Positions 11,460-24,400 of a stretch of 53,614 bases of DNA are shown one piece after another; positions within the stretch are counted from its first letter, which is position 1; each line of letters begins with the position of its first letter. The DNA is from Albugo candida (lineage: Eukaryota). The notes under the pieces were generated by a model that was not told the origin of the DNA, did not search any database, and was given only the letters and a program-made list of their open reading frames with translations. The translations under genes were made by a program, and so were the position numbers. The stretch lies in NCBI GenBank assembly GCA_040437565.1, contig JBDOQK010000076.1, forward strand, positions 62,001-115,614. The letters run 5' to 3'.

Positions 11460-12800
11460 TTCGTCTAATTTATTGCACAGTTTACGACGCCAGTCGTGGT
11501 AGGAGGATTTCTCTGCGTTATGGATAGTTCCGTAATCGAAAGAATGCCGGAATACTCCGCGACGATTTTCAGGAGCATGTTAGCGATGATATATAGGCAC
11601 TGAGCATTCACCCAATCATTTACTTCTGAAGCTGCCCAACTTGGTTGAAAGTCATCACACTCGGATGCTCCACTAGGATCGAGCCATCGCCTTCCCTGGA
11701 TTATAATCATGCTCGTTGAAACGAACACTAATCAAATATGGAGAAGAGGCTGCAATGGGCTCGCTTATGTGCACAAATTGATCCCATTGTGAGCCGCAGC
11801 CAGTTGCATAATTGATGTCTCCTCCATGGAACTGAATTTTTATTGAATATCTTCACAGGCGCGGTTTGCTGTCGTTTTCCCCGGGTTATACACAAATGCT
11901 CACAAATTACCGTATGTAAACACTTCACTTTCTCTATCTCTCTTTCCGATTTTGAAGTGAGCGAGCCAATCTTGCTTCGGTCACTTCCATCATTCTCAAC
12001 AGGTAACAGTAACGCGTATTCGTATTCAAATCTGATATCAATAATTGAGCATAAAGCCTGGATTTTGAATTCGTCACTAGGGCCCAATAATGATCGGACA
12101 GTGGCACATATCAATAGTCCATATCGCACCATTGGCTCGTTGGCATTAATATCCACAAAAAACATGACCATCATAACGAAGTGAGGAAATGTGACCGACG
12201 ATCGGCCCTGTTTCGATGCGTCAAGCGCTTCTTTCATCCTCACAACGACCGTATCAATCACGTGGTACCCGAATTGAACCAGAAAGAAAGGATGATAAGC
12301 ACTATATAATCAGGCGATAAAAGTCGCCAGTGCTGTTGTAGGAGTGTCGTACAGCATACCAATTTGAGAATAATCGTCATCGTGCTTTTGGCGTCCACGA
12401 GTGGATGAGTTAGGGTAAAAAGAACAACACGAAAGTTTTCGTTCCATTAGACTTTGAGGTCCTCGCCATTAAGAAATTGATTGCAAACGGGTAACGGCTG
12501 AATGCAAGTGTCGTTGTTGTGCGATCGCAACATAACCTATCGCATCTTCTAAATGTACAAAAAATAATATAAGATCAGATCTATTCTATGGCATATGTCA
12601 TGTGAAGTACAGTCTCTCGCAACAGCTTTGCTCAAGCGGCGAAACTTTTCAAGATTGGAACGATCTCATCGATTCCGAGAGCACACTACAGCACCTGACG
12701 ATGGTTGGCCTTAAAAAAAGGAGAGTTATTCATCGGTGTGGGTCATTATGTACTGTATCCCAGAATGAAAAAAAACACATAAATGAAGATACTGGACAGC
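11460..12800 (-). pseudogene. Disrupted Cys-containing lineage-specific gene, family X copy 2
   Basis: Nucleotide similarity to copy 1: 12675-12714 vs 4121-4158 (gagcacact..a.ca.ctga.gatggttggcct.a) and ~12215-12260 vs ~3693-3738, with similar spacing. A hydrophobic stretch near 12760-12800 may be a signal peptide. Multiple stops and frameshifts. Confidence 0.55.
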
Positions 12801-15800
12801 CATCTGAGTTTGAGCCGGTGAGGATCTAGATATGTCGAGACAAGAAATATTCTGACAGATTTTGATGCTGACGGTATTCGACGGTGTCTGACAATATGCA
12901 CCTTGTCAAATTGGTGACTACTTGCCGGGAACTTTCTATACGTTGACTCGTATTGTTGAACGTCATGCAAACCAAACTAATGGAATCATCCGATCCTATC
13001 GTCGTTGATCGAGTAGACTAGAAGCAATACTTTCACGACGCATTCTGCAAGATCGGCGGTGTTGTCGCCAAAAATGCCGAGAAGAAATAGGCGGCGGAGG
13101 GAAGGCTGTGGATCAAAATTCTGTATAACAACTGGCGGCATGCTAGTACGCATTTACTTAGGCCATCGAAGATAGGATTACAATCTATAAGCATTCCAGG
13201 GAACCATACATGGAAGTGCAACATATCCAGATGCTGCGTAAATGAGGGTTCATGAATCAATTACAGTCTGGAGCTATGCGTGGATGCTTGTTTGGAAAAT
13301 TTCACACTTTTGGGAGATTAGCTCTGTTGCCTCAAATGCACGAGTTATACGCACTATTGTGATCAGATTGATGGTCTCGCTCTTCACGTGAATCATTCCG
13401 ATGCCAACTGGAAGCAGCGTCAGTCTTGCATGTGCGCGACATACCTATCAGCACCGATCGATTCCGCAGTTCACAACACTCGTAATCAAAAATTACCTCC
13501 TTTTTGTTTGCACAAGTTTACTTTTTGTTATCTTTTCGGTCAATTGCGAATTCAATTTTACATTGCAAGGATTCCGTGTGCTGGGCATGGAAAATGAATA
13601 CTTATGTGCTGAAGCCAAGATTCGAGCTTATGTGATCGCTTGTAGCCCAATATCACCTTACTCCTGGGATACTAATGCATCCTAACGTGGTAATGAGCTG
13701 AGAGAATCGTTTTTGTTATCAAATATTCCAATCTTCCAACCTTCACGTACCCTATTCCAATCTTATTAAGGGTAATACATTGGTATTTGGCTGCTTGATT
13801 TGTGATAATCGAATAATGTGGGTGCAGTAGACAGGACTTAGAGCAATGCTATAGTGATGAAAGCCTCTGAATGGCATTTCAATAGGCGATGCTCTATTAG
13901 AGCTGATTAACGGAACAACATTGTATAATATCTTTACCCTGTCCAAGTACCCATGTGTGAATGCTTGCTGGTAGCGTAATAGCTTCAAAAATATCATTTG
14001 GCTTTTGTCGTACTTTATATGCGGCAGTTATCACCGTAAGAAAAGCTTGGTCTGAATCAGAATCAACGACCGTATTCATCGCGATCAGATCAATGGATAA
14101 GAACGAAAAAGGGATTCAACAATGCTGATACATTATTTGTGGCGTCCTGATATTTCAAGGAGACAACGTAAGCCGATGACTCCATCTCGACTGTTAAGGA
14201 AAACCCTACTTCCATAAAAAATAACAGCGGAAACATCACGTAATATTTTGACCGTAACGCGTGCTTTCGGTATAAAATTTTTTTGGATGCAGAATGTTGG
14301 TCACTCGTTTCGATGCGATCTACTGAGACTCTTCTACAAGTGTAGATCACCACATGTTCGGAAAAGTCTTATGATAGAAGGATAACTCTGATGAATGTGT
14401 CGAACCAATACAGGTTCATTATTCAGAGATTTGAGATGCCATACGCTCCATATATCCACAGTTGAGTTCTTCTATGTGATGTAATAAGCTATTCCGTTGC
14501 CAAACTTGCCAAGTGTTGGACGAGTTGAATCGAACATGATAGCTATTTCAGTTCGCAAGCATTCTGATGGTATATGCTTCTTGCTCCATTTCCATACTAT
14601 GCTAAATGAGATAACTTTCCGATCGGCATCTCTAAAAATTCCTTCAAGGCGATTTACGATTTACAGCCTCGTTCTGAGTTCATTGTTCATTTTAACTGAG
14701 GGAAAGTGTTGAGATTAGAGTTACCATGGTGTAAAATCCATACCTTTTGATCTTTAGAGAACACGAAAAATGAAAACAATATGAGCTTGAGAACTTGATG
14801 TTAGTAGGCAGTACTTTAATGTGAGTGGCCTAACAACTGAGTAAACGTGGGACATGTATACATGGGTCGTGGCGTAAGCAGAATTTTAGATCTCATTTTT
14901 GTCCCAACCTTAAACAATTTTCAGCAAGCCAGCACGCTTTCACGTCCAATACAGGCAAAAACTTAGGTGTCCTCTTTCCATCAGTACTTTGGTACCGCGT
15001 GAAGTGTATCCTGTGTGCTTTGTATGTATACTGCCGCACTTTCGAGATCCACGTTAATAATACAGATAGTTGGCGCTGTTTTGATATGACGACACCGTGA
15101 TAGTGCCTACAACGATCGTGGATAAGGCTATCACGACCAAATGCTTCGTGTATGCTGCAAATGTCAGAATAAAGACGGTGACACTTCCTAGACAATGCTT
15201 GCCATTAATTAAACTCTCTTACTTCGATCCAATGAAACCGAGGCCATTCTCAGCCATTTTTAGAGCCAAAGCGCGCAATATGAGTGTAAGTTAGCAGATG
15301 TGTCTAAGGCTGTGTTTCTCTTTTCCTTCGATCTCGCGTCATTGTCAGTTGAGAAAATATGCTTCGCATACTTTCCGTCTTCTTCTTCTGCCTTGTTAGC
15401 TACGGAATGTCGAGGAGAGCCATGACCTTTGCTTTACTACCACTGCAAAGATTGTTTTCGGGTAACGCAGAGAAACTGCGCTACATCATCTTACATGACC
15501 TTTTCTCAATCCAAGTCCGCAGAATCCCGTTCTACTGAATAATCACTATACACCACAATCACAGACAATGGCTCAGTATCGTGATTAGATCAATTCTACC
15601 TGGAAGCGAGGGTATCTCGACCCGACCCCAGGTCTCAGTGCACTCTTTACATTCGGCGTTGTTCCGCTATGAGGTCCGCATTTGCATTATATCTGCACAC
15701 AGAATGGTGAAGCTTGATGTACGATAGTGTGGAGGTTGCCGATGGGCATGTGGCCGCTTCATTGCCACGCCGTAATGACCCATTGCATGCAGAGTCATTC

Positions 15801-16233
15801 TTCTCTCTTTATGTTTTGTGGCACGATCCTTCTTTAGAACAGGTGATCTTGGTAATTAGGATCTTGAATCCGGACCAACTTGTGTGCGATGGAATCATTG
15901 CGTCGAGTTTTTGTCTCTTCATAAAGATCCACCGTTTACAGCGTCAATGTCATGGGATGCTCCGAAACAATAGTGATGGAAGCGACAGGATGGAGGAGTG
16001 TGCATGATTACGGGGGGACAACTTGATGGGTGATGCACTTGCCACGTTTACAGTGTCATCGCGGAAGTTACAGAGAACTATTCAAAGACTACTGGGAAAA
16101 ACATAACGAATGGATGTCACAGTCGTTAATGTATCAAGTAGCACTGCAATGCATAGTACTCTGTATGTAACGCGATTCAAGGATCGAACGGTTGAAGAGA
16201 TGAGTTGTGTGGGACGTTAAATTAGTTTTTACA

Positions 16234-17539
16234 ATGGTACTAAGCAAGAAAGCACTCGGTGGCATCGCCACTATCGATACAAACCCTGAGCGTAATTCTA
16301 TCGTATCTTAACGTGTATCGCTGACTATGACTTATAGCAGGACGTACGCATTCTTGGATAATGTATTGAGTCCATTCTGGACTCGATGCACGTTTTTTTT
16401 TCCACTTCAAATGCCGCCCAATTGGATCACCTTATTATGAACTCGCACTATGTTCCTAATAACAGCGATCCAGATAATTTATTCTCCCGCTTTTTGAAGA
16501 CCCCTTCTCGATGGATTCCTATCGCTGCAGCCTCTAGCTTGTTCATCTACCAGATACTAAAAGCAATGGATGGCAAACAAGCGCGTCGAACCTGCTCGCC
16601 ATCGCTCCCGGGTCAGCTATTTGATCACGGTACCGTACCTCTCCAAAACCTACCTTAACTAATATTATGTGCCAGGATGCGACGCTATTTGTACACTATT
16701 TACAGCACTCAGTGCCGCGGCAATGGTGCACTACGGCGGAGGCTTTGGCACATATTTCCTTCTTTCTTCGCTCTGCATCACATTTTACCTCGCACATTGG
16801 AGAGAGTATTACACAGGCATTATGACTTGTGGAAATGGCGTCATCGGAGTCACTGAGGGACAATTTCTGCTCATTGGAGTACATTTAATCGCAATGGTCT
16901 TTGGAAACAGTTTGTAGACCCAAACGTTATTCGATTCCTAACGACTCGGAATTGTGACGCCGGCCACAGCTCTCCTCAAAGCTCTTATTTCCAGTAACAC
17001 TCTCCTTGTGCTCGGTAATATCACTCGTGTGCTGAGAAGCGATCAACGCATCCCGGCCGACGAAACGGGGCACAAAAACGTGTCCAAAATTTTGGCTTTT
17101 GTTCAACTCATTTCCGTGGCACTCATATCGATCGCCAATTAGCTGTGGATTCCAGGGCCGGGTGGAGCAGATTATCGTGCTTTTCCATTACTTTTTCTTG
17201 GCCCAATTGGCATTTTGTATGTTCTTTTATCGGTATGTTCCTTCCACGTTGCTGATTCGGATGATTTGAAATCGTAGACGTCGTTAGACTCGAATGATTC
17301 TCAGTCACGTGCAAAGTCCCCTTACCATCTCAATTGCGTGTGATTCTCCCTGTGGTATTGGTGACGATGAATGCACACTTTCCGTGAAGACTGGCAGCTC
17401 AGAGTCGTGGATCCATCCGATTGTGGCGACGATCAGTTTTGGAGCGTTCAAGCTGGCGATCTGCACGCACTACGTCTACTATGTAGCTTGTGGTCTTCTA
17501 GAAATTCATGCTTACAAGATAGAAGCCCGAGAAGAGTGA
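16234..17539 (+). pseudogene. CEPT1: Choline/ethanolamine phosphotransferase (CDP-alcohol phosphatidyltransferase family) pseudogene
   Basis: The family motif reads [30 protein letters not shown] (consensus [11 protein letters not shown]..ssplGqlfDHGcD; the first Asp is K here). It is joined across a GT-AG intron at 16630-16675 with a CTAAT branch site. Also AHWREYYTGIM...GVTEGQ and an N-terminal YRYKP. Several frameshifts and stops. Confidence 0.9.
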
Positions 17540-17562
17540 TGCAAATACACTTTCAGTTTTCT

Positions 17563-18996
17563 TCAACGGTCTTCCGACTCAATTGTCAGAAATACATCAA
17601 CACGATCCACCAATTCTGCTTTTCGACCTGATGTCGGTTGGCTGTGGAAGCGGAGGAACGCCTGCAGCTCTGACTGCCCTGGTACTTTTCTCAACAAAAA
17701 CATCACATGGATATATGAAGTACGGAGATCGAATAATATCACAATCGCGAAGGAAATCAATCTACTGCAAGCAGATGAACTCGAGACTGGGAGTTCGAGC
17801 GAATTTAATCTCCATGACATCGTCTTTGAAAAGTAGATATGAGTGCCTCCGTATACGTAATATCGTTTGATCGATATGGAGTGAGATACGCATCAGTGTC
17901 GTCATAGAGCCATTTCGTCCCGCGACGAGAGGTCGATTGGTTGTGGCATTGAGAAATATTGGTGTGCGTTTGTGCTGAAAGATTTCTAAAGCGTATGATT
18001 CGACGCCGATGGAAATTGAGTGTGTGAGGCGTTACGGAGGATTGCGAATTGACGTTTCCGAAATCGCTTTCGGAGTAGAGTCTCCATGAGGTCGTTGAAT
18101 GATGTGATTCCGAACGCTGGTGGGATCAAATTTTTCTTCTCGTTTGCTTCCATTGACTGTGAGGTCTCTGTCATGAAATTCTCAAAACGGTATCGTAAAA
18201 TTTCGTGAGGTCAAAATCCGGAGTGTCGGGATGGTGAATGTAAAAGAGGGAGAGGGATCATTCAAGTTCGAGGTGATTTTAATGAGGAGAACGAATAAGT
18301 GAGGTGTGATGGGAGATGCGATCAACATATACTTGTATTCGGAATCTAGATTTCTCCATCACATCTGGAAGGACTGGGACATCGTCGCTGGCGAAAATCC
18401 GAATTCATTTCGGTTAAGTCTTTTGTGAGGTAATGAGTAGAAGGAGGCAATGAGTCAGAGTCACTTTGCCTCGCTGAAAAGAGTTCCAGCTTGCCACAGT
18501 ATATTACTTACAGCGAGTTGCTCGTTATTTTACATACTGTTAAATTCGGATTGTATAATATCGGAGAGGGTGGAGTATAATGTCTGATGAGAATGAGGTG
18601 AGTTGGGGGTACAAATTTATAAGGGCGTACTTTTAAGGATGTGATTCGCTGTGCGGACGGAAATGCAAGAGGTTGGTAGTCATATATCTGAGCGAGAGCG
18701 CTAGAGCCAGTGACTTTGTTCTAATCATAACCAAGATTTATTGAAAACTTAGTTGGTATTGGTACGTAGTACCGAGCCGAAAAATGTAATTCCGATGAGT
18801 GAATTGTCGCGAGCGGTAATTTTAGATTTCATGATTTTGGCAAGAACGTTAATGCAAGCGTGAGCCAAGTCCTTGTATTCTTTTGATCGCCTGGTAGTTG
18901 GTTGGAATGGGTTGATACAAACATAGATTCCGAATGTCCAAAAGCGAGAAGAGCATCCTTTCCGTGACATTCTTCGGTCCATCCTTGAGGTGCCAT
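17563..18996 (-). pseudogene. KU70: Ku70 (XRCC6) pseudogene with a large internal deletion
   Basis: vWA-domain motifs GKDALLA..SMF and CINVLAKIMKSKITARDNSLIGITFFGS, an intron at 18721-18772, then IYDYQPLAFPSAQRITSL. Further on: FNDLMETLLRKRFRKR, YYVYGGTHIYF, IRSPYFIYP, followed almost at once by a SAP domain (SELQAFLRFHSQPTSGRKAELVDRV). Frameshifts and stops throughout. Confidence 0.85.
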
Positions 18997-20289
18997 ATTT
19001 TCTTCCTATTCAGTTTCATTCCAAACATCCATCGAGAGCGTGCGTTATTATTGCACAATGAGATTGGAGAAGTAAAGTATTAGCCAATCAAAGGCGTTAA
19101 GATATCTCCATTGCACTGACTTACCGACTTGAAAGGTTTGATAACCTATAGCAGTCTAAAGTGATCCAAAAGCTTCTTCTGGTCCACAAGAATACTTTTA
19201 GAGAGTGTTTTTAATACAGCGCAACGTATTACGTGTTCAAAATATCTTGCGATAAGGTTGAATTCATCGTCGCTAAGTGAAAATGCATGAGATCCGATTG
19301 CGTTATCTTCTTATCCAGTCCCGCTACTTTGTAATCCCGATATTTCCACATACTTATCCATACTTGCGATACCTTGTAATATTGTGGGTTATACTGCTGG
19401 TCTATCATGTTGAACCTCTTAGTATGACCACGCTTCAATATCTCTGAATTGCGATAGTAAGCCGCACACCAAGTAGTGTTGTCTATAGCGTGCTTCCACA
19501 TCACAAATGGTGCGATGATCCTTTTTGCCGGGAGCTCAGACCTAGCAGCTGGCGATGCTGCATCTTGTGTCGCATTACTTTATCATTTTTAGAAAGCGAA
19601 TTCGACAGATGCTATTATTGCACGGCTCTACCATCACGCATATCTGCGCTTGTAAGTTTCGTTTTATGAAGATCATTCAGAACCGCGCATTATGTAGACA
19701 GGAATAGATCCAGCTATTGCGAAGATGACAAACCAAATTTGAGAGATGGTTTTGGGACCGTTCCAGCGATCAATTTGGATAATATTTGCAGTATTATCAA
19801 TGAGATTGACCAGCAGCCTCAATGATGTGATTTGGCTTCACAAAAAGAAGTTTGGTATCGTGAACCTGTCTTCCATAGGAAGCAACAGGTTATCATTTGA
19901 AACAGTCCCAACATTTCACGTATGTGGTGGATCATGTCGGCCAAGGTTAGAAAAATCCAAGTAGACAATCCAGAGAAAAGGTATGCATCGAGTTCTAAGC
20001 GAGGAGGTCTATGCCTCTGTCGGAAGGGTTCGGTTCTATGAGGTGCTTCACTACGATAACTCATTACTTGCATCATTCAGCGCCACTGATGATTTGTGTT
20101 CTTAATACTTTCGCTCGACAATGTCGCTACCAGACGCGTAATTGGCTTATACTGCCTGATGCAGCTAATTGTGGATTGTGGGGGGATCATTGCGCTCGAT
20201 AAAGACGTGCTTCTAGACACAACAACGACTCGATCAGTTCATCTTCTATTTTCATGTGAAAGAGCTCATTTGAGCCTTTTCGAGTGTCG

Positions 20290-21333
20290 AAATTACCACT
20301 GATGTGGCATCGATGAGAGAGAAAGAAACCGATGGTCTCAAAGGCTTTGAATTTCTCGAGGTTGCATACTGCAAGTTTGGTATACCGCGATCCAAAATTT
20401 TGCTTGTAATAACGTCGGAATTCACGGTGGCCTAGTGTTCGTTGTCCATTAAGCAAAATCAATTCACCCGTTTTGGAGATCTGCAAGACCTTATTACGGC
20501 CTTTGACATCTTCGACAGTTGCAAGCACACTGTCCTCACCACTGATTCGCTTTCAGTCTCCCACTCAATCTCTTCGTCATAGTCAAGGTTTTTGGAGTAA
20601 TCTAAATAGTTCACATGCTCGTCCAAATCGCAATCATCATATGAAATATTGCAATACGATACATATCTCATATGTTTCTAGACGTGTTGAAAATTCTGAC
20701 AAATTTTACCATTACAATAGAGATAGATGTGCCCGCATTTGACGTTTGAGCCAAATACCGCACCAAACCTTTCATATCAGTCAAACATTCTTGATCTATA
20801 ATGAAGAATCAATGCGCTGCAAGCACATGCTTGAGGTTAGTGTCCAACTGCGCGCCCTGAAAGCTGCAAAATATACAATCGTATTTGAAGATCGCTTCCA
20901 GTTGCCTTTGTAATTTTTCAGCGACATCTTCGTACTTCTCTTCTACCTGTTCCGTTGGCTGGAAACTGACAATTGCTTCATTATCTGAAGAAACATTTGT
21001 GCCTTCGATATGCTTTTTGCTCAGTAAATGATTTTGATACGCTTTTTCCGATGAAAATTCTTTGTTGGTGCATATTGTGCACTTCCAAACATTTTTTTTC
21101 CCGTTTTGAACTCTTCCGCTCGTTTTTGGAGCTGTTTTTGCTTTGGGTCCAATGCGATTTCAAGCTGTTTTCCCATTGAATTGTCAGTATAAAATGGTCA
21201 AATTTCCTTTTTGTTACAGGACACAAACCGACAACCTTTCGCTTGAGATTGTAACGATGCTAATCTTCACGAAAATGGCTTTTTTGCGCATAAAAGCAGT
21301 CAAAAGAAGCTGACAAGCTCGACACGTTAGCAT
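20290..21333 (-). pseudogene. REI1: Cytoplasmic pre-60S maturation zinc-finger protein REI1/ZNF622 pseudogene
   Basis: The ATG at 21333 gives MLTCRACQL; after a frameshift comes SHFRED*HRYNLKRKVVGLCPV (conserved Trp is TAG). A middle zinc finger reads DCIFC...NLKHV..AH*FFIIDQECLTDMKGLVRYL. The C-terminal part has GELILLNGQRTLGHREFRRYYKQNF. Confidence 0.88.
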
Positions 21334-21429
21334 GAGCTTTTTATCGATCGAAAAGAATGGCAGCGTTGCAATGCGATCGAATTTAATCAATACATAGCTT
21401 CTTATAGAGAAGAATACGGTACATCAATA

Positions 21430-23050
21430 ATGCAGCTCGCTAGATGCCATCCGATCATGAGCGCTCTCGGTGCGTGCGCTCGACGCACACACGCAGTTAT
21501 CCCCATATCGGCCCAGCGTATTAGCCACAAGAACGCCATACCTTGACACAGACACGCACCATTCTATGTACAGTACCTGTATTGTACAACAGATCCAAGT
21601 TATAATCGTTGGGACCTCAACGATTTTTTACGATTGTTTTAAGCTATTTCAATTGAAATTCCAATCAGATCCTACAAAACGCAGAGGACACCGAGACGTA
21701 CACTATCGATTGGCTGAAAAAGTACAAAACAAAGAGCTCACACGCATTAGTTTGAAGACCTTCTTCAACCGGTACACAATCTGCTTTTCTTGTCATTGTA
21801 TCGACTCAGACGCATTTGTACGAACGTATCAGAACAAATATCAGCGATATGTCCCTGTCTTTGATGAAATTCTGCTGTGAACGAGCCTAATGAATCGCAT
21901 TAAATCAATGGACCGTGTGTCTGGAATCTTCGTGTGTGAGGCTTCCTGCTTACTCGAGCATTTAGACCAGTATTTGAGCGATAATGGAAATACTGTATGC
22001 CTTTACATCTTGGAACCAAAGAATCATGTCAAATTGGTGAAAATGTTGCCACAATGCGGGTGGACTTCGATATTTGCGCTACGGATCTCTTCATGGAAAT
22101 ATGCTGGGAATCAAAGCTGTGCTTGCCGACGGAACAATCGTCGATTCGCTCTGCTCTATGCGAAAGGATAACACTGGCTACGACCTGAAACAACTCTTTA
22201 TTGGATCGGAAGGCATGCTCGGTGTTATCATAAAAGTCGCTATTTCCACACCAACACGCATTTCATCGCACAACGTTGCATTTCTCGCTTGTCAAAGGTT
22301 TGATGCAAATCAGGCTACATTTCTTAGTGCAAAACAGCACTTGGGTGAGATAATATCGGCTGTGGAATTTCTAGATCGCGAGTCGCTCGACATGGTTTTA
22401 TCACAGCAAAATGACGCACTTGATCCTTTGGAAGCCTCTAACGATCCGTTTGATGAGACTGCTGGAAGTAAGGATGAGGACGATGGAGAAAAGCTGGAGA
22501 CTTCCTTACCGCCGTAATGGAAGACGGGCATGTGAACGATGGAATTGTAGCTAAAGGCTCGATCCAGGCCAAGAATTATTCCAAATCCGCGAATATTTCA
22601 CAATAGCACTCAGTATGCGTGGCTGTGTCTACAAATACGACGTATCTCTACCAATCGCCGAGTATTACAATCTCGTGCACGCGACTCGCAATCGGCTTGG
22701 CAACACATATGAAGACGTCAAAATCGTTGGATACGGTCATTGGGGAGACGGAAATCTCCATTGGAATTTGTCAACAATTGCGCACAATGACAGCGTCCTT
22801 TTTGATTTGGAGCCTTTTGTATTCGAATTGATCGGTGGGTTTTTGTCGCCATACTCCTCGCAAATTCATCTGCCACATTCCTCTTTTTCCAATAGCAAAG
22901 TATCGTTGAAGTGTCAATGCAGAACACGGAATAGAAATTCATAAACCCGAATATTTGCATCTATCGAGATCGGAACACGCAATTGCACTCATGAAATTAC
23001 TTAAGCAAACTATGGCCTCAAACGCAATACTGAACTCGTTTAAAATTTAA
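21430..23050 (+). pseudogene. D2HGDH: D-2-hydroxyglutarate dehydrogenase / DLD2-like FAD-linked oxidase pseudogene
   Basis: RYGSLHGNMLGIKAVLADGTIVDSLCSMRKDNTGYDLKQLFIGSEGMLGVI, GEIISAVEFLD, YKYDVSLP and GYGHWGDGNLHWN. After an intron at 22835-22895 comes AKYR*SVNAEHGI (consensus GSISAEHGIG). Split over several frames; start is approximate. Confidence 0.92.
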
Positions 23051-23087
23051 TCAAAAATACGACTTGATCAATAGATAGAAAATGCCT

Positions 23088-24400
23088 TCACCCTGCCTTC
23101 CCTTGGGCTAAAAATCGCTCTGAAGAAGGCATTTGACGCTGTGCCAAGGAACAGTATATTCCTTTTGGAGTCTCCATCAATTCCTCGTGGGTTCCACGCT
23201 CAACAATGGCTCCGTTTTGTTTCACTGCAAAAACATATGCATTTCGCATCGTTGAGATTCGATATGCTACGATAATTGTGGTTCGATATTTCGTGCTCAA
23301 CAGTCGATCCAAAGATTCTTGAACTACTCTTTCACTTTTGTTGTCAAGGGCGATGGTAGCTTCATCGAACAGAAATACGTTCGTATCCCGCAAAATAGCT
23401 CGACCAATTGCAATTCTGTTTTTGCTCTTGATACTTGTGCTCCTCGATGACCGACATCTGTGTCGGATTTACTTGAAAAATGGGATATGAAATTGTGCGC
23501 GTTTGCCAACGTCGCAGCGCAAACAACATTGTCTCGTGAAGCTGCAGGCTTTCCCTTGTTTATTTTTTTTAGAGCATAGCCGAGAAGCTAAATTTTGATA
23601 TAGGCATTGCAATGTTTTCAGCAGTTGTTCCAGTAAACAAACAGGCTCTTGTCACACCATAGAATTACGCTTACGGAGTTAAAGGAGATTCAACTGTCGT
23701 ACATCCTTTCCATTCAGCAAAATAATTCCAGAGGAAGAATCTTTAAAGCGTTCCGAAAACGAGATCGCTGTGCTTTTCCCCCTTCCGCTGGCACCTACCA
23801 ATGGAACATTCTGACCGCGAACGACTTTAAGGTTGTAATTTTGAAAGATTGGTGCATCAGATCGTGACGGATACATGAACACCACATTGTTATATTCAAT
23901 ATCTCCATGTAAATGCTCCAGTACATGGCCTTGAAGTAGGTTCACAATGATCGCTGGCGTTCGGTCGATAATACCAAAAAACGGCCAGCTGCGAGTATTA
24001 CTTTCTTTGGGTCAGAGCCGCCATTACTCGCCATCCTGACCACGTAATTGCTGAGCATAATTACCATCATTATCATAAACATAACCTCAAATGTGATCGT
24101 TTCTTTGCTGACCCAAACGCCACCAAAGTGGAAAATAAGCGCTATTCATGAAATGGGTCCTTTGAGCCATTCCATTCGCTATCTGCCAGTTACGCCTACG
24201 CATGCATACGCTTTCTTGGAAGTTAGAAGATACGTCTCAAATCGCGAAGTCAAGGATTCCTCCATGGTAAAAGAAGCCAGTCTGCCGATAAAACCGATGG
24301 CTTCAGACAATAACGAGCCTGCGGACGATTCGGCGTCATTTCCTGCTTCCCACTCCCGGTTCTTTTTTGGTGTAACCCCGCTTCGTCAACTCCATTGAGT
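23088..24400 (-). pseudogene. ABCB (MDR/P-glycoprotein-type) transporter, truncated C-terminal relic (end of a transmembrane domain plus last NBD)
   Basis: GDIEYNNVVFMYPSRSDAPIFQNYNL, Walker A GASGRGKST, a signature motif broken by a frameshift after VGHRGAQVS, Walker B/D-loop FLFDEATIALDNKSERVVQESLD, H-loop IIVAYRIST (His is Tyr) and IVERGTHEELM. Much shorter than a full ABCB gene. Confidence 0.88.

Noticed and set aside
19229-20300. Two small genes between Ku70 and REI1 (ORFs 19229-19504 minus; 19746-20302 plus)
   Set aside because: The position suggests gene relics, but I recognised no family motif, so they are not called.
16234-23050. Alternative genetic code, stop read-through or RNA editing rescuing the genes
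   Set aside because: All three stop codons occur in the window's broken genes, at positions expecting different residues, together with frameshifts and large deletions. No single recoding rule repairs them.
16234-24400. Broken ORFs as mere long-read indel errors
   Set aside because: Lesions include missense changes at invariant catalytic residues, nonsense substitutions and deletions of hundreds of bases, while a 978-bp ORF elsewhere is clean. Real decay fits better, though reads should still be checked.
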